Source: Candidatus Cloacimonetes bacterium ADurb.Bin211
GTDB lineage: Bacteria; Cloacimonadota; Cloacimonadia; Cloacimonadales; Cloacimonadaceae
Length of the DNA stretch: 64,000 bases
Direction: 5' to 3'
Assembly: GCA_002070045.1 (NCBI GenBank)
Contig: MWCN01000042.1
Coordinates: 2,662-66,661, forward strand
Shown: one piece after another, positions 37,775 to 48,759 of the stretch
Layout of the letters: the number at the start of each line of letters is the position of its first letter
How positions within the stretch are numbered: the stretch's first letter is position 1
Position numbers and translations under genes: made by a program
Notes under the pieces: generated by a model
Told to the model about the DNA's origin: nothing
The model's input: the letters and a program-made list of their open reading frames with translations, nothing else
Databases searched by the model: none

Positions 37775-39973
37775 ATGAAAAAATGTCTGTTTTTACTTTT
37801 CTTGTTACCAGTAATGATCCTGGCTCAACCCTGGCAACAGGATAACGAAATTTTTAATCCCAGTGGTATTCCCAGTTTATCCTTTTCTCAACCTCGTTTT
37901 GTTGACCTTGATACTGACGGAGATATGGATTTCTTTCTGGGAAATACAAATAGTGCACCATTATTTATCTGTAATACTGGTACACCAAGTTTGCCTCATT
38001 TTGTCATTGGCGATAACCTGTTAGCCAATATTTCATTTATTGATGCGGAGTTAGCTGTTTGCGCAGATATGAATGCAGATGGGAAGTTAGATTTAATTAC
38101 CGGTGGTTATACGGGATTGCATCTATTTCTCAATACGGGAACGGTTCAATCACCTGTCTATACTGAGCAATTGGGTTATTTTACAGCTCTGGAGGTTGGA
38201 AACAGTCCTGTGCCTGATATTGCCGATGTAGATTACGATGGAGATATGGATTTAGTCCTTGGTCTCAGTGAAGATGGAGCCGTGCGAGTCTATCTTAATA
38301 CAGGTACCTCTTATGATGGTATTTTTGTAGAAGAATCAATGCAATTAATCGGGGATGTTGGTCTTTATGCTTATCCTATCTTTTGTGATATGGATAATGA
38401 TGGCGATCAGGATATTCTTTGTGGTAGGGATGAACACGGTTTTGTCTACTATCAAAATAATGGAACTACATCTTCTCCAGTATGGGAGAACAACTCTTCC
38501 CTTTTTAGCGGCTTAGGAAATACTACTTATTGGAATTCTCCTGACCTGGTAGATTTGGATAACGATACAGATTATGACCTGATATTTGGTACTGCAGATG
38601 GACCTTTACAGTATTATGTAAATACTGGAACTCTTTCCTCTCCACAATGGCAGGAAAATACCAATCTTTTTGGTGGAATTATAGATGCTGGAGGAGCGAG
38701 TTCTCCTATTCTCTTTGATTTTGATGGTGATGTAGATTTAGACCTGATATGTGGGACCCAGCTCGGTGATATTAAGTATTATAAAAATATTGGAACTGTT
38801 TATGCACCAGCGTGGCAGGAAGAAAGTTCCTATTTTTCCAGCATAGACCATTCAATCTATTCTGCTATTACTCTTGGAGATGTGGATGCTGATGGGCTTA
38901 CTGATGCCATTGTGGGTGATTTGAGTGGGAACCTATATTTCCATAAAAATACAGGAACGGGATTTATTCAACAAAATGATATTCTTCCTCCTATTTCTGT
39001 TGGAGGATGGAGTGTGCCGCGCTTAATTGATATGGAGTTAGATGGAGATCTTGATCTGGCAGTTGGAAATGAAGCTGGGAATATCTATTTCTATCAAAAT
39101 AATGGTACAGTAGAAATTCCTCAATGGACTGTAGTCAGCGGATATTTTGGTAATATAGATGTAGGTTCAAACTGCTCTCCCACATTTGGTGACCTGGATG
39201 AAAACGGAAGATGGGATTTATTGGCTGGAGATTTATTCGGCTCTTTACATTGTTATTTGTATCAAAATCACAACTGGGTTCCCAATACTGAATTGTTTTC
39301 AGGCATAGAAACAGATCAAAATGCGGCTCCTGCTCTAGCTGATCTTGACCATGATGGAGACCTTGATCTCGTAATCGGTGATTATGATGGGACTTTCAAA
39401 TTTTATCGTAATCAAAAATATTCTGGTGCTGTATTGAATCCTCCCCTTAATTTATTAGCCAATACGGATGAACCTGTCACTATAAGCTGGGAAGAGCCAC
39501 AGGGAAGTACTTCTCCTCTGGAACATTATAACATCTACCTGGATGATGAGTTTGTGGATTCAACTACCTATACCTTCTATACTTTTTTGAATTGGAATTT
39601 TGAAGTGGCTCATATTGTGAAGGTTACCGCTCAATATGTGGCAGGAGAGTCACTGCCTGCTATGATAGAAATTCCTCCTACTCCTATTAATGATGAATGC
39701 CAATCCATCAGTATTATAAACATTTATCCAAACCCATTTACTAATATAACAAATATCAATTTTACCCTGAAAACTGAAGGTAATGCCAGTGTGGCTATCT
39801 ACAACCTCAAAGGTCAACAAATCAAAAGCTGGGATACATTGCCAAGGGGAAATCATAACCTCATCTGGGATGGAAAAGATATGCAGGGTAGATCAGTCGC
39901 AAATGGAATCTTTTTATTGCAGATAAAAACTCCTCAAGGCATTACTATCCGTAAGATATCAATAATAAAATAG
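37775..39973 (+). CDS. Secreted FG-GAP/VCBS-repeat protein with Fn3-like and FlgD/T9SS-type C-terminal domains
   Basis: Signal peptide; ten DxDxDGDxD-type repeats; C-terminal 'YPNPF...IYNLKGQ...WDGKD..G..VANGIF'. Confidence 0.85.
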   Translation: MKKCLFLLFLLPVMILAQPWQQDNEIFNPSGIPSLSFSQPRFVDLDTDGDMDFFLGNTNSAPLFICNTGTPSLPHFVIGDNLLANISFIDAELAVCADMNADGKLDLITGGYTGLHLFLNTGTVQSPVYTEQLGYFTALEVGNSPVPDIADVDYDGDMDLVLGLSEDGAVRVYLNTGTSYDGIFVEESMQLIGDVGLYAYPIFCDMDNDGDQDILCGRDEHGFVYYQNNGTTSSPVWENNSSLFSGLGNTTYWNSPDLVDLDNDTDYDLIFGTADGPLQYYVNTGTLSSPQWQENTNLFGGIIDAGGASSPILFDFDGDVDLDLICGTQLGDIKYYKNIGTVYAPAWQEESSYFSSIDHSIYSAITLGDVDADGLTDAIVGDLSGNLYFHKNTGTGFIQQNDILPPISVGGWSVPRLIDMELDGDLDLAVGNEAGNIYFYQNNGTVEIPQWTVVSGYFGNIDVGSNCSPTFGDLDENGRWDLLAGDLFGSLHCYLYQNHNWVPNTELFSGIETDQNAAPALADLDHDGDLDLVIGDYDGTFKFYRNQKYSGAVLNPPLNLLANTDEPVTISWEEPQGSTSPLEHYNIYLDDEFVDSTTYTFYTFLNWNFEVAHIVKVTAQYVAGESLPAMIEIPPTPINDECQSISIINIYPNPFTNITNINFTLKTEGNASVAIYNLKGQQIKSWDTLPRGNHNLIWDGKDMQGRSVANGIFLLQIKTPQGITIRKISIIK

Positions 39974-40024
39974 GAATTAAAAGAAGTTACTTTTATTGGA
40001 AAGATAACTCCTTAATAAAAAAGG

Positions 40025-40062
40025 AAAAAACCGTGAAGATCACCGGGCGGTGTCTTCACGGT
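40025..40062 (-). terminator. Intrinsic terminator on the minus strand
   Basis: ACCGTGAAGA(T)CACC-GGGC-GGTGTCTTCACGGT stem followed by a 6-U tract on the minus strand. Confidence 0.75.
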
Positions 40063-40083
40063 ATCGGAGGGCATTCTATGTAG
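40025..40083 (-). ncRNA. Candidate small regulatory RNA (~60 nt)
   Basis: Minus-strand TTGACA (40119-40114)-18-TATAGT (40095-40090) promoter directly upstream of the terminator; CCCUCC seed; no ORF. Confidence 0.45.
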
Positions 40084-40403
40084 GGTATTACTATAATAAT
40101 ATCATTATTTATTTGTCAAGTTTATTTTTTCTTTTCTTCCTCCATTTTCCATATCTATTCTCTCATTCTTTTTTCTATTTATCTTATTTATGAATCAATT
40201 ACGCCAATAATTTTATTTGAGATAAAATTTATTTTATCCCTAAATAACACTATCTATAAATAAGGTCTTAAAGATTATTAACTTAGCGAAAGATTTCTAA
40301 TTCATTCTGTTATTATCCTTGCTTGCTTTTGGGATCAAGGGTTAACCATTTATTGATAATAGTCTTTATAAAGAATTGAAGTTTAAAAACAAGGAATAAG
40401 AAT

Positions 40404-40424
40404 GAGGCAGGGTTATCCTGCCTC
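40404..40424 (-). terminator. Probable eno terminator
   Basis: GAGGCAGG-GTTAT-CCTGCCTC hairpin ~30 nt after the eno stop, followed by U-rich sequence on the minus strand. Confidence 0.65.
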
Positions 40425-40456
40425 TATAATTGATTAATATATTGGTGTTCAATGAA

Positions 40457-41752
<1,296 letters not shown>

Positions 41753-42694
41753 TTATTTATGAAAAAGGTCTCCCATTGTTTTAAGTGAACCGAGTAAAGC
41801 TGAAGCTTCATAAGGAATAACCACAGTTTTATCTCCCTGTTTAACGATTTCCTGGAAAGCATTGATATACTTTAGAGCAATAAGATATTGTGCCGGGTCT
41901 GTACCCGTATTTTTCACTGCTTCCGCAATCAATCCTATGGACTTACTTTCGGCATCAGCTACCAACAGTTTTGCTTGTGCTTCTCCATCTGCCCGGGCAA
42001 TTTTGGCAAGTTTCTCTCCTTCAGCCACTCGCACTTGATATTCTCTTTCACCATCAGCTTGGAGAATCTTGGCTCTCTTATCTCTTTCAGCTCTCATTTC
42101 TTTTTCCATAGCAGTACGAATTTCTTCTGGAGGTAGAATCTCTTGCAGCTCTACTCTATTAACTTTTACTCCCCATTTATCGGTTGCTTCATCCAGAATA
42201 TCACGCAATTTAGCATTTATTATATCTCTTGATGTGAGAGTGTAATCCAGAGTTAGTTCACCTATGATATTACGCAATGAGGTTTGAGTTAGCTTTTCTA
42301 TCGCCTCTGGTAAATTACTGATTTCGTAAACCGCTTTATAAGGGTCGGTTACCTGAAAATAAAGCAAAGCATTAATATTAATAGAAACATTGTCTTTGGT
42401 AATAACATTTTGGCGAGGAAAATCATATACCGTCTCTCTGAGATCAATCCTATTCTCTAATCTTTGGGTGACTACCATATTACCCCGATAATCCTCCCGA
42501 GTAAATCTCCAGTGGATAGGACGAATCTTATCAATTATAGGGACAATAATATGAATACCTGAACCTAATGTCCGATAATATTTACCTAATCTTTCAACAA
42601 TAACTACTTCCGCTTGTCGCACCACTATTATACCCTTAGAAATAAGAACTATAATAAAGATTGCAACCAGGATACCTATTAAAGTTCCAGCCAT
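41753..42694 (-). CDS. SPFH/band 7 (stomatin/QmcA-like) membrane protein
   Basis: 'IVERLGKY', 'QNVITKDNV', 'LRNIIG..LD.TLTSR..IN', 'WGVKVNRVE'. Confidence 0.92.
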   Translation of the reverse strand: MAGTLIGILVAIFIIVLISKGIIVVRQAEVVIVERLGKYYRTLGSGIHIIVPIIDKIRPIHWRFTREDYRGNMVVTQRLENRIDLRETVYDFPRQNVITKDNVSININALLYFQVTDPYKAVYEISNLPEAIEKLTQTSLRNIIGELTLDYTLTSRDIINAKLRDILDEATDKWGVKVNRVELQEILPPEEIRTAMEKEMRAERDKRAKILQADGEREYQVRVAEGEKLAKIARADGEAQAKLLVADAESKSIGLIAEAVKNTGTDPAQYLIALKYINAFQEIVKQGDKTVVIPYEASALLGSLKTMGDLFHK

Positions 42695-42982
42695 TATTTT
42701 CTCCTTTATAATAAAGTATTAATGAAATACATTAATATAATAATCAGTATTTTGACAAGAAGAAACCCTTTTTTCTCTGATAGAAAGATATCATTTCCGG
42801 TTAGACACAGTATTATTTAAATATATCAGAAATACTCGTGATTACAATAATCAGAATAAAAATAACTTATTGTCTGGCAATAAAATCCTTTGTTTAAAGA
42901 GGTTATATTTATAATAAATATAAATAACTTATAGGTCTAATCAAGAAGTTTTAGATTGACAGAAAGGAGTATTTTGAATTAT

Positions 42983-43002
42983 TGATAACGATTCTCATTA
43001 TA
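42983..43002 (+). promoter_or_regulatory. Fur box upstream of fur-feoB-feoA
   Basis: GATAACGATTCTCATTATA versus consensus GATAATGATAATCATTATC (15/19), downstream of TTGACA at 42956. Confidence 0.7.
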
Positions 43003-43019
43003 TTATAGGAGATGATAAA

Positions 43020-43478
43020 ATGCAAGACTTTGAAATCGTCTTTAACCAATATCTGGAAAAACGCGGACTTAAATTAACGAAAGCACGAAGATATGTCCTG
43101 GAGACTGTTTTTGAATTACATGAACACTTCAGTGCCCAGGATTTATATGAAAAGATTAAAAGTAAGATTTCCGGCATTTCTTTAGCAACCGTATATCGTA
43201 CTCTACCTCTTTTAGTTGAAGCAGGACTGGTTCAGTATAGTATACGAAAAGAAGGGAAAGAAAGCTATGAGCATATATTTGGCCATCCTAAGCATATTCA
43301 CTGGCTATGCCATAAATGTGGCACTTTGATAGAGACAGATCTTAAGGAAATTTATCCTATCATAATGAGATATGCGAAAGAATTAGAATTTGAACCAGAT
43401 GATATCTCCTTGAATATAAGGGGTTTATGCTGGAAGTGCAAGTTAGATGATAAGGAGAATCATTTGCATGAGAAATAG
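43020..43478 (+). CDS. fur: Fur-family transcriptional regulator
   Basis: 'LTKAR..VL', 'HFSA', 'ISLATVYRTL', 'HIHWLCHKCG', 'GLCWKC'. Confidence 0.9.
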   Translation: MQDFEIVFNQYLEKRGLKLTKARRYVLETVFELHEHFSAQDLYEKIKSKISGISLATVYRTLPLLVEAGLVQYSIRKEGKESYEHIFGHPKHIHWLCHKCGTLIETDLKEIYPIIMRYAKELEFEPDDISLNIRGLCWKCKLDDKENHLHEK

Positions 43479-45666
43479 GCCCATTATCGCTCTCGCAGGA
43501 AATCCCAATGTAGGGAAAACCTGTCTCTTCAATAAATTAACAGGAACTCATCAAGCAATTGGAAACTGGCCTGGGGTAACAGTTGAACTAAAGCATGGTA
43601 TTTTCTCTTATGATTCCAAAGAATATGAAATAGTTGACCTTCCTGGTCTTTACTCTTTATCTGATGATAGTCCTGATGCTATTATAGCGCGAAATTTTAT
43701 ACTAAAAGAAAAACCGGACTTAATTATAAATATCGTAGATGCCTCCAATTTAGAAAGGAATCTGTATTTAACTGTCCAGCTAATGGAAATGGGCGAACCT
43801 TTATTAATTTGTTTATCAATGATAGATATAGCTGAACAAAATGGAATTTTTATTGATTATGATCATCTCAGCCACCATTTAGGTATTGAAGTAATACCGA
43901 TGATTTTAAACAAGCATATAGATTTAGAGCTGTTGATAAGCAAAATTGAAAAATATTTAATTTCACCTCCCATTTATTCGGTTATTGACTATGATGAGGT
44001 AGTAGAAAAGCATCTGGATAATATCATAAAAATTATTCAAGCTACAGAGATAAGTTCAATTATAGATAACTCTTTAAATAATAAAAAATTAGAAGAACCG
44101 CAGGCTACCTATAATAGATTGGTCAAGACCAGATGGGTAGCCTTAAAATTGATAGAGGGAGATCCTGAATTTACTAATCTTTTATCACCCGAAACTAAAG
44201 CTGTAGTAGATAAAGAAATTAATGCTATCATTAAGCATCGTGGTCAAAAAGCTATGGCAGTAATAGCAGATGATAGATATGCTTACATTCGGGGTTTAGT
44301 GAAAGATACTGTAAAGCGTAAGAATAAACGCAGATTAACATTTTCGGACCGGGTGGATAAATTTGTTCTCAATCAGGTTATTGGTTTACCGATATTTTTT
44401 GTGGTAATGTATTTTGTGTTTTTAATTACGGTCAAAGTGAGTCAACCTTTTATAAATATTATAGAAGTTAGCCTTAGCTGGCTGTTTGTGGAACAATTAG
44501 GTAATTTATTGACCAGTTTATCAACCCCATACTGGCTAAATTATTTTCTCAGTGGAATAATAGGCAATGGGATAGTGACTATTGGTAGTTTCATTCCACT
44601 AATATTCTTTATCTATGTATGTTTATCCATACTAGAAGATTCTGGTTATATGGCACGTGCAGCTTTTATAGCAGATAAATTTATGCGTTTTATAGGGCTT
44701 CCAGGTAAAGCTTTTATCCCACTATTACTGGGATTTGGTTGCACAGTTCCTGCAATAATGGCAACGAGGACATTAGAAAATCCAAGAGATAGAGTTTTTG
44801 CTTCTTTATTAACTCCATTTGCTTCCTGTGGCGCTAAATTACCTGTGTATACTTTTCTCGCGATGCTGTTTTTTCCCCAGAAAGCAAATGTAGTAATATT
44901 TAGTCTCTATCTTTTTGGCATTGTGATGGCAGTAGTGACTGGATTAATTTTAAAAAAAACAATATTTCTTTCTGAACCAGGTGATTTTGTTATGGAGTTG
45001 CCCTCCTATCATATTCCTACCCTGAATGGAATTTTGATGCATACCTGGCATCGTTTAAAGAGTTTTCTCTTGCGAGCAGGAAAATACATTCTATTAGTAA
45101 TTATAATTATTAATGTGTTACAAAGCATACCGATAAATTCTGCTGTAAAGGGCGAGAAAACAACTATTCTAGAAGTTTGCGGAAAAACCATCACTCCAGT
45201 ATTCAAGCCAATGGGCATAAATGAAAATAATTGGCCTGCTTCTGTAGCTTTGATTAGTGGACTTTTTGCCAAAGAAGCAATTGTAGGTAGCTTACAGGGA
45301 CTTTATCAAGGTCCTGAGATGAATATGGGAAGAAATCAGTTTCCGGATAATATGAAAATAGCCTTCGGTAATACGGCTGCTATTTTAGCATATCTGGTGT
45401 TTATTTTATTGTATTCTCCCTGTGTTGCTTCTTTAACTATGTTTTATAAAGAATATGGCTTTAAATGGATGCTCTTTGAATTTTTCTATCTGAATTTATT
45501 AGCCTGGATGGTAGCTGTTTTTATTTATCAGATTTTAAATTTCAGTAAGATATCTCTAATCTGGATAATGATTATTGTTACAGTATTTTTCTTTATCTAT
45601 ATAAATTTAAAAAGAATTGGGGAAAAGAATGCAATTCCGTCATCGCATAGGAAGATTTTGGAATAA
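43468..45666 (+). CDS. feoB: Ferrous iron transporter FeoB
   Basis: 'GNPNVGKT', 'GNWPGVTVE', 'DLPGLYSL', 'LEDSGYMAR', 'GFGCTVPA'; ATG 43468 preceded by AAGGAG. Confidence 0.96.
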   Translation: MRNRPIIALAGNPNVGKTCLFNKLTGTHQAIGNWPGVTVELKHGIFSYDSKEYEIVDLPGLYSLSDDSPDAIIARNFILKEKPDLIINIVDASNLERNLYLTVQLMEMGEPLLICLSMIDIAEQNGIFIDYDHLSHHLGIEVIPMILNKHIDLELLISKIEKYLISPPIYSVIDYDEVVEKHLDNIIKIIQATEISSIIDNSLNNKKLEEPQATYNRLVKTRWVALKLIEGDPEFTNLLSPETKAVVDKEINAIIKHRGQKAMAVIADDRYAYIRGLVKDTVKRKNKRRLTFSDRVDKFVLNQVIGLPIFFVVMYFVFLITVKVSQPFINIIEVSLSWLFVEQLGNLLTSLSTPYWLNYFLSGIIGNGIVTIGSFIPLIFFIYVCLSILEDSGYMARAAFIADKFMRFIGLPGKAFIPLLLGFGCTVPAIMATRTLENPRDRVFASLLTPFASCGAKLPVYTFLAMLFFPQKANVVIFSLYLFGIVMAVVTGLILKKTIFLSEPGDFVMELPSYHIPTLNGILMHTWHRLKSFLLRAGKYILLVIIIINVLQSIPINSAVKGEKTTILEVCGKTITPVFKPMGINENNWPASVALISGLFAKEAIVGSLQGLYQGPEMNMGRNQFPDNMKIAFGNTAAILAYLVFILLYSPCVASLTMFYKEYGFKWMLFEFFYLNLLAWMVAVFIYQILNFSKISLIWIMIIVTVFFFIYINLKRIGEKNAIPSSHRKILE

Positions 45667-45928
45667 AAAGTATAGATTTCATAATAGGCATAGACATCCT
45701 ATAAATAAGGGTGAAAACATAATTCTGAATCAATTACCAGAAGGTGAAAGTGCAATCATAGTAAATAATCAGAATCTTAAAACAATTGAGCGTGGACTTT
45801 ATCCTGGAGCCCAGATTTTTATGCTAAGAAATAGACACTATGAACCCAATCTGGTTATTGCAGTAGGAGATGCACGTTATGTATTGGATAGAAGAATTTC
45901 TAAGCAAATAACGGTTATTATCCCATAA
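45629..45928 (+). CDS. feoA: FeoA-domain protein with a basic His/Arg-rich N-terminal extension
   Basis: 'LNQLPEGESAII....ERGLYPGAQI' SH3-like FeoA pattern; overlaps the feoB 3' end. Confidence 0.75.
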   Translation: MQFRHRIGRFWNKKYRFHNRHRHPINKGENIILNQLPEGESAIIVNNQNLKTIERGLYPGAQIFMLRNRHYEPNLVIAVGDARYVLDRRISKQITVIIP

Positions 45929-46490
45929 AGAGAAAGATTTATAGCCAACGAATAAAAAAAGATAGATTGTTTATCATTGATTTATCATATAATTTATAAA
46001 GGTCTTTTATATGATGGATATGATTGTTATTTTTTTTGGAAATTAGACAATATCCGCGAAAGCTATGAAAATAGCTAACCTCTTGAAAACCTTATCCATC
46101 ATTTTTAAATGTTCAGATACAATACTAAAATATACTTTTCTCATTGGTCCACTCTTTAAGTAAAATATGAAATTGCTAATGAAATGGTATAATAGAAGTT
46201 TAAAAGCAAGAATCTGGAGATTGCACTTGACAAATAACAGATAACTGGACAATTAAATCATAATTTTATAAAATTTAAATTGAGATAAAAGAATTTAAAT
46301 GAAATGCTTGTTTATATATTCATAAGTTACGAGCTTATAATGATTTTACTGTATCAGATATCAGAAAAAGAAGATTCTCTTTCCATACTTTTAAGGGAAT
46401 TGCAATAGTAATCTCTGATTTGTAATGCACATAAGTTTCAAAGGATATCAATCGTTTTAAATATAAAAAATAAATAAGGAGCAAAAAAAA

Positions 46491-47405
46491 ATGCAAGTTA
46501 CCAGATTGGAACAGATTCTGGACCTCATCAAGCCACTACCACGTAAGAGATTAGTAGCTGCCTGGGGAGTTGATCCACACACTATTTGCGCTGTCTATCA
46601 AGCTATATCAATGGATTTGATAGAGGGCATACTAGTAGGTGATAAAAAACAGATATATCAAGTCTGTGAGAATGAACAAATAGATCCTTCCCGTTTTAAG
46701 ATTGTTCATTCAGATACAGACACAGAAGCTGCAGCAAAAGCAGTGGATATGATTAATGCTGGAGAAGGTGATTTTTTGATGAAAGGCTTGCTCAGCACGG
46801 ATCGTTATATGAAGGCTATCCTTCACAAAGAGAAAGGGTTAATGGATAAAGGTGCCATCCTTTCTCATGTAACCGTAGCTGAAATTCCTACTTATCCCAA
46901 GCTCTTAATCTTTGGAGATGTTGCTATAATTCCATTACCTGATCTCAATCAAAAGATTGCTATTACTAATTATCTAATCAAAGTAGCTCATTATCTGGGT
47001 ATTGAGAATCCCAAAGTTGGCATCCAGGCAGCTTCTGAACAAGTTTTACCTAAAATTCCTTCCTGTGCAGAAGGTGCTATGATTGCCAAGATGGCACAAA
47101 GAGGACAGATTAAGGGTGCCATAGTGGAAGGACCCTTAGGATTGGATTTAATTGTGGATAAAGAAAGTGCTCAAATTAAAAAGGTTCAAAGTGAAGTCTG
47201 TGGTGATGCAGATTGCATTCTATTTCCTAATATAGAAGCAGGAAACACTTTTTATAAATCTGTGGTTAAATTGATGAAAGGTGAACTTTGTGCAATAGTT
47301 ATGGGAGCAAGGGTTCCCTGTGTACTAACCTCTCGTGGTGACAGTGAAATGTCCAAGCTTTACTCTATTGCTTTGGCATCCCTTTTATCAGGAGAAAAGC
47401 AGTGA
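46491..47405 (+). CDS. Phosphate butyryl/acetyltransferase (Ptb-like), paralog 1
   Basis: 'LMKGLLST', 'EGPLGLD', 'PNIEAGN', 'LTSRGDS'. Confidence 0.9.
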   Translation: MQVTRLEQILDLIKPLPRKRLVAAWGVDPHTICAVYQAISMDLIEGILVGDKKQIYQVCENEQIDPSRFKIVHSDTDTEAAAKAVDMINAGEGDFLMKGLLSTDRYMKAILHKEKGLMDKGAILSHVTVAEIPTYPKLLIFGDVAIIPLPDLNQKIAITNYLIKVAHYLGIENPKVGIQAASEQVLPKIPSCAEGAMIAKMAQRGQIKGAIVEGPLGLDLIVDKESAQIKKVQSEVCGDADCILFPNIEAGNTFYKSVVKLMKGELCAIVMGARVPCVLTSRGDSEMSKLYSIALASLLSGEKQ

Positions 47406-48322
47406 AAGACCCCATCCGTTCTCTGGAAGAGTTAGCCAATTATGTGCGCTCCACAGGAAAACGCACCCGAATTGCAGTTGCTCGAGCAGAAGACCCAAAT
47501 ACTATAGCCTCTATTGGGAAAGCAGTAAAGGAAGGATTTGTAGAGGGTATATTAATTGGTTCTGAACCCAAAATAGAAGAAGTCTGTAAAGCTGAGCAAA
47601 TAGACCCTGTAATCTTTCGCATAATTGACATCAGAGATGAAGCAGAAGCAGTATCTGAATCAGTAAGGATGGTTCGTAACGATGAAGCTGATGTTTTAAT
47701 GAAAGGTTTAGTAGGCACGGATAAATTTCTTAGAGCAGTTTTGGATAAAGAAAAGGGTTTATTACCTGAAAAATCTATAATGAGTTATGTTTGTGCTTTG
47801 CAATTACCTGGCTATCATAAACTTCTCTTTATAAGTGATACAGCCGTATTACCTTATCCCGATATTAATCAAAAGATAGCAATGATAAATTATAGTGTGA
47901 AAATGGCACAGCGCTTTGGGATAGAAAAACCAAAGGTTGCATTGATATCAGCTACAGAAAAGGTTTCAGATAATATTCCACATACTCTTGAATATGCAGA
48001 ACTAAGTAAAATGGCAGAACGAGGTCAGATAAAAAATTGTATTATTGATGGACCGCTGGATATCTTTCTTGCCTGTGACCCTCAAGCAAGTGTTATTAAA
48101 GGGGTTTCTTCTCCTATTGCGGGAGATGCTGATGTGTTAATCTTTCCCAGTCTGGAAAGTGCCAATAGTTTTTATAAAGGTTTGATGTTGTTTGCTGAAG
48201 GAGAACTGGCAGGTTTGATTCAAGGCACTATAAAGCCGGTAATTGTAATGAGTAGAAGCGAAAGCGTTACTTCTAAATATTATTGTATAGCACTATCATG
48301 TTTAATGGGAGGTGAAAGATGA
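47402..48322 (+). CDS. Phosphate butyryl/acetyltransferase (Ptb-like), paralog 2
   Basis: 'LMKGLVGT', 'DGPLD', 'GDADVLIFP', 'MSRSES'; GTG start overlapping the previous stop. Confidence 0.88.
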   Translation: MKDPIRSLEELANYVRSTGKRTRIAVARAEDPNTIASIGKAVKEGFVEGILIGSEPKIEEVCKAEQIDPVIFRIIDIRDEAEAVSESVRMVRNDEADVLMKGLVGTDKFLRAVLDKEKGLLPEKSIMSYVCALQLPGYHKLLFISDTAVLPYPDINQKIAMINYSVKMAQRFGIEKPKVALISATEKVSDNIPHTLEYAELSKMAERGQIKNCIIDGPLDIFLACDPQASVIKGVSSPIAGDADVLIFPSLESANSFYKGLMLFAEGELAGLIQGTIKPVIVMSRSESVTSKYYCIALSCLMGGER

Positions 48323-48759
48323 TTATCGCTATAGCTAGTGATCATGCCGGATTTGAACTTAAGGGAGCAATTAAAAGTCATTTTCCCGAGCACGAGTTTC
48401 AGGATTATGGTACCTATTCTGTAGATGCAATGGATTATCCCGATACAGCAGTTCTTGCAGCTAGAGCAGTAGCAGAAGGCAAAGCAGAAAGAGGGATATT
48501 AATCTGTGGAACAGGAATAGGAATGAGCATAGTTGCCAATAAGATTAAAGGAATCCGCGCTGCTGTATGTATGAATGCTGATCTAGCAAGGCTTTCCAGA
48601 ATGCATAATGATGCTAATATCCTCTGTTTAGCTGGAAGATTTATAGCTGTACATTATGCTCTGGTAATAGTAAATACCTGGTTAACCACTTCATTTGAGG
48701 GTGGTAGGCACCAGATTAGAGTAGATAAAATTAAAGAAATAGAAGGAGAAAAGCTGTGA
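48319..48759 (+). CDS. rpiB: Ribose-5-phosphate isomerase B
   Basis: 'ASDHAG', 'DYPD', 'CGTGIGM', 'HNDANIL', 'FEGGRH'. Confidence 0.96.
   Translation: MIIAIASDHAGFELKGAIKSHFPEHEFQDYGTYSVDAMDYPDTAVLAARAVAEGKAERGILICGTGIGMSIVANKIKGIRAAVCMNADLARLSRMHNDANILCLAGRFIAVHYALVIVNTWLTTSFEGGRHQIRVDKIKEIEGEKL

Noticed and set aside
40141-40200. Pyrimidine-rich tract as another decayed 11-bp element
   Set aside because: Periodicity is too weak to separate from low-complexity AT-rich DNA.
45929-46490. Riboswitch or small gene in the long leader before ptb, including ORF 46043-46252
   Set aside because: Very AT-rich, with no recognisable aptamer motif or terminator, and the ORF has no support.
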